From the NCBI GenBank assembly GCA_002633005.1, contig NMRA01000486.1:266237-330236 (forward strand): 64,000 bases of DNA, written 5' to 3'. Numbering within the stretch: position 1 is the first letter of the stretch; each line of letters begins with the position of its first letter. The DNA comes from Phoronis australis. Taxonomy: Eukaryota > Animalia > Phoronida. The notes under the pieces were generated by a model that was given only the letters and a program-made list of their open reading frames with translations, did not search any database and was not told the origin of the DNA. A program made the position numbers and the translations under genes. Shown here one piece after another: positions 10,285 to 23,523 of this stretch.

Positions 10285-13200
10285 GCCTAGGTGCCCTCGG
10301 GCGGACAGGTATCAAATTAAAGCGGATGTTGGTTCAAATTAAAATGGAAAACCAAAAAAATTAAAAGACAAAAAGATTGGCTCGCATTGCTTGGAGCTAG
10401 ATTTCAGATAAAGTGAGACAATGTCACTAAATAAGTTATGCCCATTTTTGAAACCGGATTTCCGGATTCAACGGCGGATTGCGTTTTGTCTACCACAGAT
10501 TAAAATCGTAATGCATTCACTTATCTTAATTAGTATTGAAATTTGATCGTTTTGTTATACTTTTTCGGTTCTAAGTCCCCAAGTGATAGTAAAAACCTAT
10601 AGGGATTTGTACTGGCATCCCTGTCCTCAGTTTTGGTCGGCGACGCGGCTGATCACCTCCCCCCCCCCCCCCCCNTGGTGTGGAGCCTCTTCCGAACACC
10701 ATAAATTTTCCCAGTGTCCTTTGTGCAACCCCCAACCTCCAGAAGTTGCCCAGCATCATGATAAGCCGGATATACTCACAATTTCCGTCCCGCCTGCTCG
10801 CCTGCGTGATGTAATAGGTCGCAACGCCTCCCATCGGTTCAAATCAAACCTCTTAACGAAGTCTGTCTCGCTGTACCCGAAATCATGACGTGTGAGCGTC
10901 CTATGCCATTTGATTCTCTCTTGTTTGCAATGGCCAACAATGCACCAGAACGCCAAAAGTACTTGAAATAAAAATTAACCATCCAATGCATATATGTAAC
11001 GGAATGTCCCCAATTTAGGACACATCATGGCCCACAAGTGAAAAATTATTTTACCATATGCAGTACCAAATTAAATGCTCTTCCGTGTTCAAGTTTTGTA
11101 CCTCAGATATCACCGGATAAAATTTTGAAAAAATATGAAGATTCAAGGTAACGTTAGAAGCTCTTGTTTTGTACGAAATTGGTCTAATTTTACCGTAATA
11201 ACATGGAATAAAGTATATATTACGTGTACGTTTACTGACACTTGTGAGTCGAATTACGACCATGGAAATATGCAGCACAGGCTCAACCAGGGAACATTTG
11301 ACGTACGTTAAAATAACATCATATTTGGTTTTTTGAGGACCCAGTTCGGAGCAAAGCCAAGCAAGCGCTCATGCGGCCAGTAATTTCCCAGAGTCAATTG
11401 GCTTTTTGTCTTTCAAGAAACAGACCATGTACAAGCACACGCAAACCCCCTATTTGACCAATGAATTCGATCTTACTGATAACGTCGTGGTTGAAATGCC
11501 ACGATAAACATTAGGTGGTTATATAGTATATATGAGACCTCGTCGACAATTGTGTATAGTTAGCCAAATGTCAACAAAACTATAGATTTTAACTATTAAG
11601 TAAAAACATATAGAAAGCATATAGAATTTGATGTTCGACTTTTTATTGGTGTGCCATTACCTGGGTAAAGTGACCATGTCTTTTTGGTAAAATGTAGCAA
11701 AAAAAACGTAAGGTATATGGCCAAATTTCAGTTGATATAAATGTTCCGCATGAAATCTCAAAAAACGCTATTACATAATTCTTAATTATCATTTCGTTTT
11801 CGTTGTATACGAATTTGAAGCTTTTTCATAAAGACCATAAAAGTCCTGTATTTGACAGACCGTTGTGAACATTTTAAAACCAATTGCTGACAACTCTGTT
11901 GAGAACAGTGCATAAAACATAGCATATGAAAGTTTTACACGAATTCGATCAGTTATTTCTGAGATATTATGTTCTGAAGTTAGCTAAAACTGGACATACT
12001 TGGGCCTTGCTGTACATAACATTAGGACTAATTTCTTACTTAGACTTATCATCAGTCGTGTTTCAACCACACTTGATCAAAAGCACTTAAACTATCTGGA
12101 TAGTTAGTGATGACGTATCTGCAACTAACTTGAATATGACGCGATTTGGACCCACAAAATAGAAATGCACAGTAAGTCACATTTTCAAAAATTTGGAATG
12201 TCTTGGTCTTTTCCAGATTCCGGAAACCACGGGACAATATAGCACTTGAAATTTTACAATAAAATTGTGTTTTGATTAATCGGTGCGCAGCGACCACGGT
12301 GTATGCTCCCGAGGAGTTCAGGAGGATTAGAATTGACCGGGTCAATGCCCAGTTATTAATTTTCGAAGTGCTTACTCAGTAAATCTGGTCTAGTTATTAT
12401 TAATGTTTTTAATTGTAGCATCTTAGTTTTATTTGAGTGGGTCCAAAGCGTCAAAATGGTGTCATGACACTACTATCACTTCTATCGGATTCGACACAAT
12501 TTTTTAATCTGGTATGTCACGTGTTTGTAATTGTTCTAGTGAAAAGCATAGACACCCATATCTCATTGTTTTTATATCTATGGCGACAAGTCCCAGTGTA
12601 TCATAAACTACTGCAGCAGATTATAATGACTACCAAATGCGCATATCAATTCATTTCTAGTAAAGAATATTAAAATTATTTAGGTCGCACAGATATCTGA
12701 CACATTACAGTGTCAGCTTGAATTTATCACCCTGGCGATAACTACCTCGGGCATACACTGGTTGCGAAACAGCAAAATTTTCTGAACCATATACACTGGA
12801 TTCTATAGATGCTTTTATTCACATTATAAAGAAAACATGCTAATGTTAAACCAACGTCTCCCTGATGTTATGTATGGTTTCTACGTTTATTTACGCCTAT
12901 CTACAAACCGTGCGTTTGCTAACTTGGCAATGTAAAATTTATCCTCAGGACAAACTGGGAGAACTTGACAAGTTCGAGCAACTTGAAGTTGCGCGATCTT
13001 GTGAAGTTGACAAACACACACTGTCGTTTTGCGAAATCGTAACACGTCCGCCGCTATCAGCTTCAAATAAATGTTTTCTAGCCTAGACTTAAACCTGCAT
13101 GGGACGCGAAAGCTCGTCAAAAATATCTTTTGAACAATTCCTGATGAAAGTACCAATTGGCAACGTCTAGTACAGAGTAATTCATTTTCTCCTGTGAGGA

Positions 13201-15620
13201 AATTTCCAGAAAAATCACAAATTCACAACCTTTGAATTTAGCGCGAAGGAAAAACTTTGTGGTTACCACAGAATTTCTAATCTCCCTCCCGTTTGTGATA
13301 AATGCGAGCATGCGCACACAGTAAGTTGCTTGAAGTCGCTTGAGGTCAAAGGTCACATTTCCATATAAGGCAATTGTCTATGTCTTGCCGTACCAAATAA
13401 GGAGAGGTGCTTTGCTTCGTGGGAGAAAAATAGACCAAGAGGCGATCAGTTGACAAATGTTTTTTTTGAAATTTGAAACTAAAAGAAAATTCTTTGATAT
13501 GAACAGAAATGAAAAATCTTTACCAACAAACTCTAGAAATACCTGGTGAACAGGTTGAATTCTGTTTCAGTGGCAGAGAACCACTTTCAATGTTGCAATT
13601 TAGTCTGTTTATCGCGTTCCAGGCTTCTTGTGTGATAAACATCTAACGGGAGGTTTTAACGATCATGAGAAATTTGTCATTGTGTATAGTTCCTGTCCTG
13701 ACACGCAAAGAATACTGTATTTCGCAACATGCATTCTACTCTTTTTATTAATTTCATATTGTGGACGTCACGTAACCTTCCCATTGTTATTTTGTGCAAT
13801 ATGGATTGGGTCCATCTAAATAAAACGATTTCAGGAAAGCGTAGTGGAAGAAAAGTAGGAAAAGATTGTTCTTATACTTTTGATTAAATATTTTCTTTTT
13901 AACCTTCATTTTCTTAAAGATACAAATCGCGTCACTGTAATTCAGTGAAACTCGCAAAGACTTACCGACGGTTCCGGTGAAAACTTTGCTTGCGTTCATG
14001 TCAACTGAAATACAGACATACTTATACTGGCAGGTGGCAACTTATGTTGAAAAAGACCTAGTCTGGGTTATTCTACTTCAGCATTCGCAAAGAAATAGGC
14101 CGGACGCGTTATCATGGGCGATCATTCGCTACAATTCGTCATTTTCCGTAAGACATTATAATGTACATAATATGTAGTAGTATACACGATAACGTCACAC
14201 TGAGATGGACGAACCAACTGTTATCGCGGGCTCCTCACTTCTTGCACATTTTGGTGGCGCTGCAAAAATGATTGTTGTGCATTGTTACTGACGGTTTAGG
14301 ATACAGTGCCTCGTTTTATATATTATAACAACGCAGACGTGAAATCGCACGTGTTACAAACATGTAAAACCATTGACACGACATCTCGTTTTCAAGCATA
14401 ATGACAAAGTCGTGCAAGTATAGTGACGTAAGACGTAATGCGACCTGTGTAATTTGACTCTAATACAACATGGCCGCGAATATTACTACGAGATAAAATA
14501 TTGATCGTGTACGAAAAGATTTGGCATGTCCTGTTTCATGGAAATTTTGTGTAGTATTTTTCGTAAAATTTCCTTACGGTAAATTACTTTGTCTTCATAA
14601 AAAGTACGCAGACCTAGGTGGAATTGAAAATCTTGTTTTCCTAATACATTTCATGAAAGAATTTGTTTCAAGTTTTCAGATCAATTTTCCACAGCTGATC
14701 ATTCACATATCAAGTTGTCTGCAGCCTGGATGGAATTTGAAAATTGCGAATAATGGATTCCATACTAACCAATTCTACAAAAGTTTTTGTCATAAATTAT
14801 CATTCTTTTGGAGGGAATTATATGGGTAAACACAGGACGGATGTTTGTAAGCGATGCCCATAATTACGTCGTGTACGCACTGTAAACGATGAGCTTGATT
14901 TTTTACTTCTGGCAAAATAATGATTAACTTTTTCAGCCATGAGTTTAAGGTAAAAAAAATGTGCGATGCACCGCTTTCTTTATCCTGTTTTATTCAATCA
15001 CAACTGGCGTTAACATCTTTAGCCTGGTAGTGTATGTTCATAAACATTTTACTAAAGTTTGTTAGTGTGAACACACAATTTTAGTGCCACCACAGTCGCA
15101 GATCTGCGAATTGATTTGTCTGCCTCATGCGAATAACAATTAAAGCTGGGAATTGAATGAAAAGGCGACAAATTCGTTCAACTGATGTCGTATTTTCACG
15201 CCGTCAGATATTGCTCAGTTGAGACAGACAGTTCGTTTCCATAGCCCTCCGTCTGCGGTGGCCCTTAGAACAATGTGGATGCATCACTGTTCTTAAATAA
15301 ATTGAAGAAAAATGTGACGCTCATCCAGAAGGTGTCCAAGTCGTCAGAACCGCCCGTATTCAACCATTTTTGTATTGCTGCAATAAAGACTGCCTTGATC
15401 ATGATCTTAGATCCGCCCTGAAAACTCAATGAGCATCTCAGAATACAGGGCGAAGCAGTGACGTAACAAAACACTGACCTAAAGTGCTTCTTTGGTTCAT
15501 TGATTATGGCTGTCGCATTCAAAAACGTTTCACTCTTGTTTTGCGATTTCACCCTGAAGTGGTTCTGTCAGCTTTTACAGTGAATGATTTGCTTGATAGG
15601 TGAGCCATAACCCTTTTCAT

Positions 15621-15930
15621 CAGTGGCGGATCTAGGATACCATAAGGGGGGGCCAATATGTTGCCTCGGGGTATTGGGCAAAGCACGAATGCATGTGTAC
15701 GTTGCGGGGGCTTGGGATGTGGACCGTGGACCTTCTGTTCAGAAAATCTATCGGTGGAAAACATAAAAACGGGACACGATTCCGTCGCAGTCTGAGGTCT
15801 GCTACCGGTTCTAGTTACTACACTCAATATTTCTTCACGCTTCACGCTGTTGCTGTTTCATTTTGCTCATGCGGCAGCTAGGGGTTGGGGGCGGGAGGGG
15901 GGCTGCCCCCTCCCCCTAAATCCGCCTATG
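15621..15930. mobile_element. hAT5-like MITE with 5-bp TSD TTCAT
   Basis: cagtggcggatctagg...ctaaatccgcctatg flanked by ttcat on both sides; inverted relative of 20853-21191. Confidence 0.8.
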
Positions 15931-17085
15931 TTCATAGATAGAAAACGCTTCAGTACCGGTACTCAGTGTGTCACAAACTAGACAGAACCTGTTGTTGGAG
16001 GTGGGACGTCGATTAAGCAGTCCAAAACATTAGTCACGCTTGGCGATGTAGAGATTTCAAACGTTTTTCTAAATTGTCGAGGTTGGCGACGGTATTTAAA
16101 TGATAAGTAATCAAGCACTAATTGATATCTGTTGATAGGCTAATAAAGTTCAGTATAAGCTTCTAGCTTGATGCCATATTTTTGTTCACATCGGTAATTC
16201 AGACCCCATCAACATTTGCCTTCGATGAAATAACTGAAATTATGAATCTTCCACTGTATTTCGAGATACAGAAAGATGTACTCACTGAACATCTGTCCCA
16301 GCGTGATTTGATTCTAAACACTTCTCAAGTACTTATCATTTGTGTTGACACACCCACGTGACGGTAATGTTTGTTTCATGAGATTTATGACTGACGTAAC
16401 GTCACCTATAGTTTGACGATTTTTCAGTGTCTTGAGCGAAATGTGGCCTGTTATTCCTCTCGGATGAACATCGGCTAATGAACATTTTAGCTTCTTTTAA
16501 TTCCAAATGTTTTATTGGAAATGGTAAACTCAAACTGTTCTGGGCTGTCACAGGCAGAAAGCAATCAACGAAATTCAAACTGCTCCAAGGAATATGAGTG
16601 AGACACAGGCCTACGTAGTTTGCTACGGGGTTCGGCCAAAATTGCCTATGAATATTTACTCTGAGGATAGGCCAGCTATAGTAATAAAGAGAACTATTGT
16701 GTCCTACGATGAAATTTAATACATCTGGGACCTGTTTCTTGAAGAGTTTGTAGCCGAATGTTGATATTTTTTCAGTTATCTTTTGACTTAGTTTTTGTCT
16801 GCTCCCAAGCCTCGAATGTAGTGTGAGGCTTTTGGGTTCGATTTCAGATTTTCTGGCTATACAGTCTCAGGGCGGATTTCGTGACTGTGATGGTCGGTGA
16901 ATTGTGCCGCACACCGGGTTGATGAATTTTAGATGTGGACAACTCTTGTCATTTCCACTAATTATTCTGCCCACTGTTGGACCTGATCGCAAGGCTGAAC
17001 GTATTTCATCGCGCCTATCGGTGGCTTGGTAAACTACAAGCAGCCACTTCCGTTAGTGAGACGAGTGTACGAGTTTCCCATCACA

Positions 17086-17158
17086 ATGCCTTTGCCAGCA
17101 GCTCTCTTAGCTCGACTTCAGAAACGCGGAATTATAACTGAAGTTGAAGATAAGAAAG
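17086..17158 (+). CDS. PQBP1: Polyglutamine-binding protein 1, exon 1
   Basis: MPLPAALLARLQKRGIITEVEDKK, donor G|gtatag; this is the typical PQBP1 N-terminus. Full model: join(17086-17158,18617-18896,21967-22067,22938-23051,24146-24203,25741-25885) = 256 aa. Confidence 0.93.
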
Positions 17159-17315
17159 GTATAGTATTTGGATTCCAACTCATTAAGTAAGTCTCTAAGT
17201 ATCTGGTGTTATCATTACCGCACTTCCCAGGCTGGCACCCCAACTTCCCACCCCAAGCCGTGTCCACTCCACTAATCACGACACTAGCCAGACGGACCGT
17301 CGGTACACGTATGAA

Positions 17316-17434
17316 GCACTAGTCGGATATAATGGACCCTGATTTAGAGAACCAGTTTCGTCCACTAAATAACGGGCCATTATTTAATGATGACGTGGTT
17401 CTCTAAGTCAGGGTCCATTATATCCGACTTGTGC
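17316..17434. repeat. Near-perfect ~120-bp palindrome (hairpin MITE) in PQBP1 intron 1
   Basis: gcactagtcggatataatggaccctgatttagagaacca pairs with tggttctctaagtcagggtccattatatccgacttgtgc. Confidence 0.8.
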
Positions 17435-18276
17435 CGGTGCATTAATAAACAGAAGGCTGGGTTGATGAACAAACTATGGTATGGGTATGGAACTGGCAGT
17501 GTCAGTCAATCACAGTGCAGGGAGAATTCAGTTAGATCCATTGAACAATTGACTAAACAGCATTAGCCCATTAACAAATCACGTGATGCAATACTCTTCC
17601 TTCAGATCTTAGCCCATTAGCTAATCACATGATGCTACACTCTTCCTTCATACCGTATCTTAACAGCACTCCTAGCATCCTCGACTTTTCCCTCAGTGAC
17701 TCTTGCTAGTACCATGGCTTACTTAGCGACCCTCTTCCTGTGTTCTGAATCCACCACCAGGCCAGCGCCCTCACCATCAGCCACTTGGAACCCTTACAAT
17801 TACACATGTCTCATGGTCTTGTGGGTCTCACCTTTTAGGTACCATTGTTGTTCAACTCCCCCTATAATTTTTCTTCGTTCAGCCCTGAAATGAACCAGTG
17901 TCCCCATGAGCCAGAGTCTAGCGCCCAAGTGATAGAGAGGCCTTAGTACGTATGACATGATTACAAGTCAAGTGATGTAACAGCATCCTAGTAGTCATTG
18001 TCACCACTTCACGATTATCTCCAGCTGTATGGTGATCGCTGAGAAGCTGACTGGGTTATTGCCTCTGTTTTGACTTACCGGGTATATGTATCTCGTTCAT
18101 TATATGGTGTTAAAAAATCAACATGCTAAAAGTATTAATTGGTCCTAGCTGGGAATTGAATACCTCAAGAACCAAAGCTTCTGAGAAGCTGACTGGGTTA
18201 TTGCCTGTGTTTAACTTATAGGTAAATCTCGTTCATTTTATGGTGTTATAAAATCACATGTTAAAAAAGTATTAAT

Positions 18277-18345
18277 TGGTCCTAGCTGGGAATTGAACCT
18301 ATGACTCTTACCTCAAGAACCAAGTGTTTTAACCAACCAGCTTAA
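18277..18345 (-). mobile_element. tRNA-derived SINE head (partially duplicated at ~18139-18175)
   Basis: Minus strand agctggttggttaaaacac...ggttcaattcccagctaggacca carries A-box-like and B-box-like motifs but no intact cloverleaf. Confidence 0.45.
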
Positions 18346-18616
18346 GATTAACTGCTCCACTGGTGTCTTCTGAATCTTAAGTCTTCTGATTGGTCCCATA
18401 GTATTACACATTAACACTATAGAGTTTTACCAGATCATCAGAAGACTAAGTAGCCTGCGAATTGAATTGCTTGAAGACCAAGTAAGGTTTAAGCATTGAT
18501 AAGTTCTATGTAAATGCTTATCTTATTTGTTAAGGTGACTTTGAACTGAATATTGGCTAGATTATTTTTACAGACAAGATTTTGAATTGATTATGAATTT
18601 TAAACTTACCTTGCAG

Positions 18617-18896
18617 ATGATGTTGAAGAGGTGTTTGCTGAAGACTATGATGTAGAAACCAGTAAAGAGCCTTCAGCACCAGAGACAGTGTCTCATCCAG
18701 AGCACAGTTATTTAGTGTTTGAAGCCATAGACTGTCCGACTAAGGAGGAAGCTGGCCATACATGTAGTGACCTCTGTAAGAAAAAATATGGACTGAAAGT
18801 GTTCAGTGCGGATCAAAGTATGGAGAGGAGGCGGACGCGGATGTTAAACAAGTACCCCCTGCCAGTGGGATGGCATGAAGTGGCTGATCCTGACAC
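18617..18896 (+). CDS. PQBP1: PQBP1 exon 2
   Basis: ttgcag|, DDVEEVFAEDYD...CPTKEEAGHTCSDLC...KYPLPVGWHEVADPDT (start of the WW domain), donor AC|gtaagt. Confidence 0.95.
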
Positions 18897-19820
18897 GTAA
18901 GTGATTGGGGGAGGGGTCGTGGTGTGCTTGTCAACACCACGTTTTGACATGTAGTCACACACGCTGCCATGTTCAACCTTCAGGTGCACCCCGAACCATA
19001 ATTATGTATTCAATTTCCCCAAAAAATGAGTTAAAAATTTCTAATTTTTTACTTATCTGCCCAAAATCAAGCATTTCAACTTAAAGGGGCCATCAACCTA
19101 TGCCTTCTGTTAAAAGCCCATTTCTTATTTAGGTTTCTTCTTGTTCTTTATTCGGACTAGAAGGGGATTAATAGACTTAAGGAGAACTGACAAATCATTT
19201 GCACTTTAGACTCGACCTAGTATTGAAAGTGTTACTTGTATCAGTCATTAAGTTTTCATTGCCCATGCAATATGGCCATCAGGGGAATTCAAAGACCAAA
19301 TACGCCTGTAAAGAATGATCATGATAATTTGAATGCCAGGATGTGGTTTATAACACTTGATAAAGGTTGTTACAGTAATCAGGAAAGTTGTCAACTTTTC
19401 CTTTTCTCAATTTTTCAAAGTCTGGCCAGTCTTCTACCAATAATGAAATTTTCATCGTGTGTAAAGGAGGTTAAGTGTACTGTGCATGCCAAAAGAATTA
19501 TAAAAAAAGCCAGAATTCCCCATCATGTCGACTGGGCAGAAGCCGAATTCATCATCAGAGAAGTTTTCAGTCTTGACCAAGTATGAAGGGGAATTAGAAC
19601 TGGAAAGTTAGTAAGATGGCTAAGCCATTGTGTAATTAGAATTTAGGCGTCTTAATAGTTATTATCATTAATTTTTGCTATTTACAGAATTATGATGCGA
19701 AAACAGTATTTTAGCTGATTACTTTTGTCTTCTAACTGTAGGTAAAACGTTTTTGTTTTGAGGATTTAAAGAAATGAAGTCCTATTTGTCTGTTATATTA
19801 TGTGTTGAATGTAGGTTTAG

Positions 19821-21890
19821 AATTGACCTATCGCCAGGATTATGACTGACGGCTTAATTGACCAATCAGAACGCAGCATTCTTGGCACACCTTTGTCTGC
19901 GTTTCCAAGCCGCCATTTTACCCGACAAACCCCACGTAGTCTAGTAAAACTTACTTTAGTCTATAGCTCAAGAAATTGTCTGCTAAGAATGGGTAAACGG
20001 TGTTGATATGGCATGTGTAGCACCAACAGCCATTATGCTGCTCCAGAATAATATCCCGTCATTTTTTGGCATGTCATAAGCCGAAAAATGATGTTGAAAA
20101 GCGTAAACTATGGATCAAACTGTACGGCCACAGGAGCAGCTGAAATTATGGCAATATGTTGCTTGATAACTCGAAGGCTATAATAAACACAAATATATTA
20201 GTTCCAAGATACGCACTTTTCAGCTTGGTGGCTATTGTGTAGGTCTATCTCAGATTTTGACTCCCGAGTTTCCTACGTCTGGCCGTCTTTGTCTCGGCAC
20301 CTGCTGGGGATCTCAGCACACTAGCGGTGTCCCCGGAAATTGTTGTTTTTGAGGACATTTTTATTTTATGTTTTTTTTATTTATTTCAACCTAATGGAAA
20401 TTATTTTGTTTCGTGTCAGAGGTACATTTTTGTTATTCATAAACCGTAGGCTGGCGTTCAAATGAACTTCTCTCCCGGTCAAAATTCAGAGATTCGATCG
20501 GCACAGGGAAGGGCACTGGATTACTGCCGCAACTCGAGCTGTTGTCACTAAAAGTAAACTGTTGAATTACTTTTTGACATGTACCTCTATTATACACTAT
20601 GTCTGTAGAGTTAGAGAGAGATCATTTTGAAGTTGTTCAAATATGATATTTAGATTTATGAAGCTTTAAAAAAGAATTTGAGTTATTTTTGTAAATACCC
20701 TATTTTTGCAACAACCACACCAGACTTGTAATCTCTTGTAACCATACCATGACTTAGTGATCATGCTACCTTCAAAATTAAATGAAAGCTACCTTTATGG
20801 AATGAAACTACAAAAAAGTGCCAAGTTCCTTAATGGTGCAAACGGACAATTCCATAGGCGGATTTAGGGGGGCAGGGGCCCCAGCCCCCCCCCCCCTTGG
20901 CTGCCGCAAGCAAAATGAAACAGCAAGAGCGTGAAGCGTGAGGAAATATTGAGTTCAGTAACTAGGACCGGTAGTGGAAGAGGGGGGCTCAGACTCCAGA
21001 TCACAGCGGAATCCTGTTCCTGTTTTTTTTAGTTCACCGATAGATATTTTCTGAACAGAAGGTCCAACGGTCTACATCCCTGGCCCCTGCAACTTTCGAG
21101 CCGCCTGTGCACATACAATCGCACTTTGCCCAATTCCACGAGGCAACATATGTTGGGCCCCCCTGTGCCGGGTATCCTAGATCCGCCACTGAATTCCAGA
21201 CATTGATTTGACTTAGACACAGCGCTAGACCTACCGGAGCTAACTGCTTGCCTAGGACGAGATGAGTATGTACCTGAGCTATGAACCTGAATTTTTTTAT
21301 CAAAATATTTCGTTACAAGATTAGAAAAGTGTAAACAGTGCTATAGAGTCAACCTAGTCAGAGACTAGTGCATGTGTTGTCTGTAATCTATGACCTACTT
21401 TACTCCAGGAGTCCCACCAGTTGTGACCTATTTTTCATTTGGCGAAATTTAGCAGACGACAGAATAAAAATATCGGTGAATCTTCTCTGGTTTTATTCCA
21501 AAGATCATGAAATCTGTGGAATCGTACAGATAATTCGACTTTAAGGTACATACCCAGCTTAACATGAACATATCGTATCACTGGCCTTGTCATTTATCAG
21601 GTGAAGGTGGCCCCGAGGCCGAGGGGTTCTTCAGTCGGATTTTCGCTGGCTCCTCGAGCACTTATTTTTTCATCGTCACCTTTAAAAGTTTCCATATCAT
21701 GAACGTAAGATTCTCTGCTGAAAAGCATCGCCTCTTGTCTCTGTCGAAGCGTTTTCAAATAGTGCAAAAACACTCATCGATTCCACCAGGAACGTCGTTT
21801 AGCGACAGTGTATTTGCCTCTTACATCTCGTTCGATTGTCAGGTATCACGTGACTTTTCGCATAGGGGCGGAGCTTGCGATAGGTCAATT
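19821..21890 (+). mobile_element. Non-autonomous DNA transposon with decayed THAP domain (ISL2EU/PIF-Harbinger-like)
   Basis: 14-bp perfect terminal inverted repeat AATTGACCTATCGC...GCGATAGGTCAATT. At ~19989-20210 a stop- and frameshift-broken THAP-like reading MGKRC*YGMCSTNS...KPKNDVEKRKLWIKL...HKYISSK. A MITE is nested at 20853-21191. Confidence 0.7.
20853..21191. mobile_element. hAT5-like MITE with 5-bp TSD AATTC
   Basis: cataggcggatttagg...cctagatccgccactg flanked by aattc on both sides. Confidence 0.8.
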
Positions 21891-21966
21891 AGTGTAAGAT
21901 ATTCTGCTGACAACATGGGTATGTTGAGTGTCAGTTATCTCTGAATACTGTTTGGCCATTTTACAG

Positions 21967-22067
21967 AGGGAGATTCTATTATTGGAATGAAGAAACAGAC
22001 AAAGTGTGTTGGCTGTCGCCCACGCACCCTAAAGCCAGGATCACTATGTCTGCCGAGAAAATGCTAG
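21967..22067 (+). CDS. PQBP1: PQBP1 exon 3 (WW domain C-terminal half)
   Basis: ttttacag|, GRFYYWNEETDKVCWLSPTHPKARITMSAEKML, donor G|gtatgt. Confidence 0.95.
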
Positions 22068-22937
22068 GTATGTGAACTACCTAACTTATTGCTGTGTCAG
22101 ATTGACTGGATTTAACAACACCCGCATTCAGGGGGCTGCCATCTTAAGACACCCGCAATGACATCTATTGACAAAACATTGAACATTAAAGTATGGAAAA
22201 CAGGATTCTAGTGGATTGTTGTGTTAAGATGCTATCACCCAGATTTAAAAGTTGTTTTGCAGCATGTTTTGGAGAGCATGAATGTTCACTGTCGATTGAT
22301 ACTATCCAGCTTTAGTTGTCCTTTATTCTCAACCACACCATAAAGTTTTGGCGGTCATGCCATAACTTATAATCGTTGTTCGTTGTTATGGAAAGACTTC
22401 CTTGATGTTAATGATAATGGATTTATTTAAACTATGTTAAGACAAGGGTATCAAAACATAATTAAAACATAATTAACACACACAGCAATGCACCGTGAGT
22501 GAGTGTATAAAGTACTCTTAGAACCAATTAAAGTGCAAATAGTGTGTCGGAGTTCTTACCCGAGCCACAAACATGGTGTTTAACACTTTGTGCTGGAGTC
22601 CTCATCCTACTCAGTAGCGTCTGTGCTGTCTGGATTCCAATGTAGTTGTGAAGGTCTCAAACTGATGATCACCTGAAGCAAATGAACTTTATTGCTACGT
22701 TATAGAAAGTAGTTGTTGTGAGACCAGGGTTGAGAAGCATTTGAACCAATAGTACATTTGAAATTCACTAGGTAGCGCCAATGAAGAATGGATGCTCTTT
22801 TTTGGTATTTGATTAGATTGAGGACAGAAAGCTGTTCACAGACATGGAGATGTTCATGTGCTAAAGGACTCTACCTAAATGTATTTATTTATACCGGTAG
22901 TACCAGTAGTACCCAATATCAATGTCTTATTTTGCAG

Positions 22938-23051
22938 CTCTGATGAAGGGTAAAGAAAACACAAGCGCAGTTAAACGCACAAAGTTCAGTGACGTGACGG
23001 AAGATGATGATGACCGTAAGGATAGGAAGAGGTCACGGAAAGATCGCAGAA
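22938..23051 (+). CDS. PQBP1: PQBP1 exon 4 (D/R/K-rich region)
   Basis: ttttgcag|, ALMKGKENTSAVKRTKFSDVTEDDDDRKDRKRSRKDRR, donor A|gtaaga; phases consistent with neighbours. Confidence 0.88.
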
Positions 23052-23310
23052 GTAAGACTTTCTCTACTTACACTGATGTATGTGTCCTATATATGGCCTT
23101 CATGTATTCAAGCGTGAAGTTTTATCTTAACTCCTAGTCATAACGCTACGTGTACATCTTGGGCGTGCTTTCTCTATGGTAATTTTGTTTTCTGATAATA
23201 AACACATAAATGTGTGTTTAAACTGAAAAACATCAGCTCAATTTAAATAACCTCTGAAGTGTGCCATGTCAGCATTTGCCCTATTAAATAAAATTTGAAT
23301 TAATGAATTA

Positions 23311-23523
23311 CAGGGTTCGAAATAAATGAGTAAATGCTCGAAAATTTGAGTGGAAATGGCAAAATAACAGTAGCAAATTGACCTCTCATATGGTCGCCGC
23401 ACCTATGTCCGGGGTTTTTTTGTTTGCGAATGCTTGTCAGAGCCCCAATCTGGGAATACAAGTGACAAATATGCCTTCATTCAAACTTTTTGGAGCAGGC
23501 ATTTGCACCAGTTTCGAGCTCTG
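23311..23523. mobile_element. hAT-like MITE relic
   Basis: Imperfect TIRs cagggttcgaaat...gtttcgagctctg. Confidence 0.5.
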
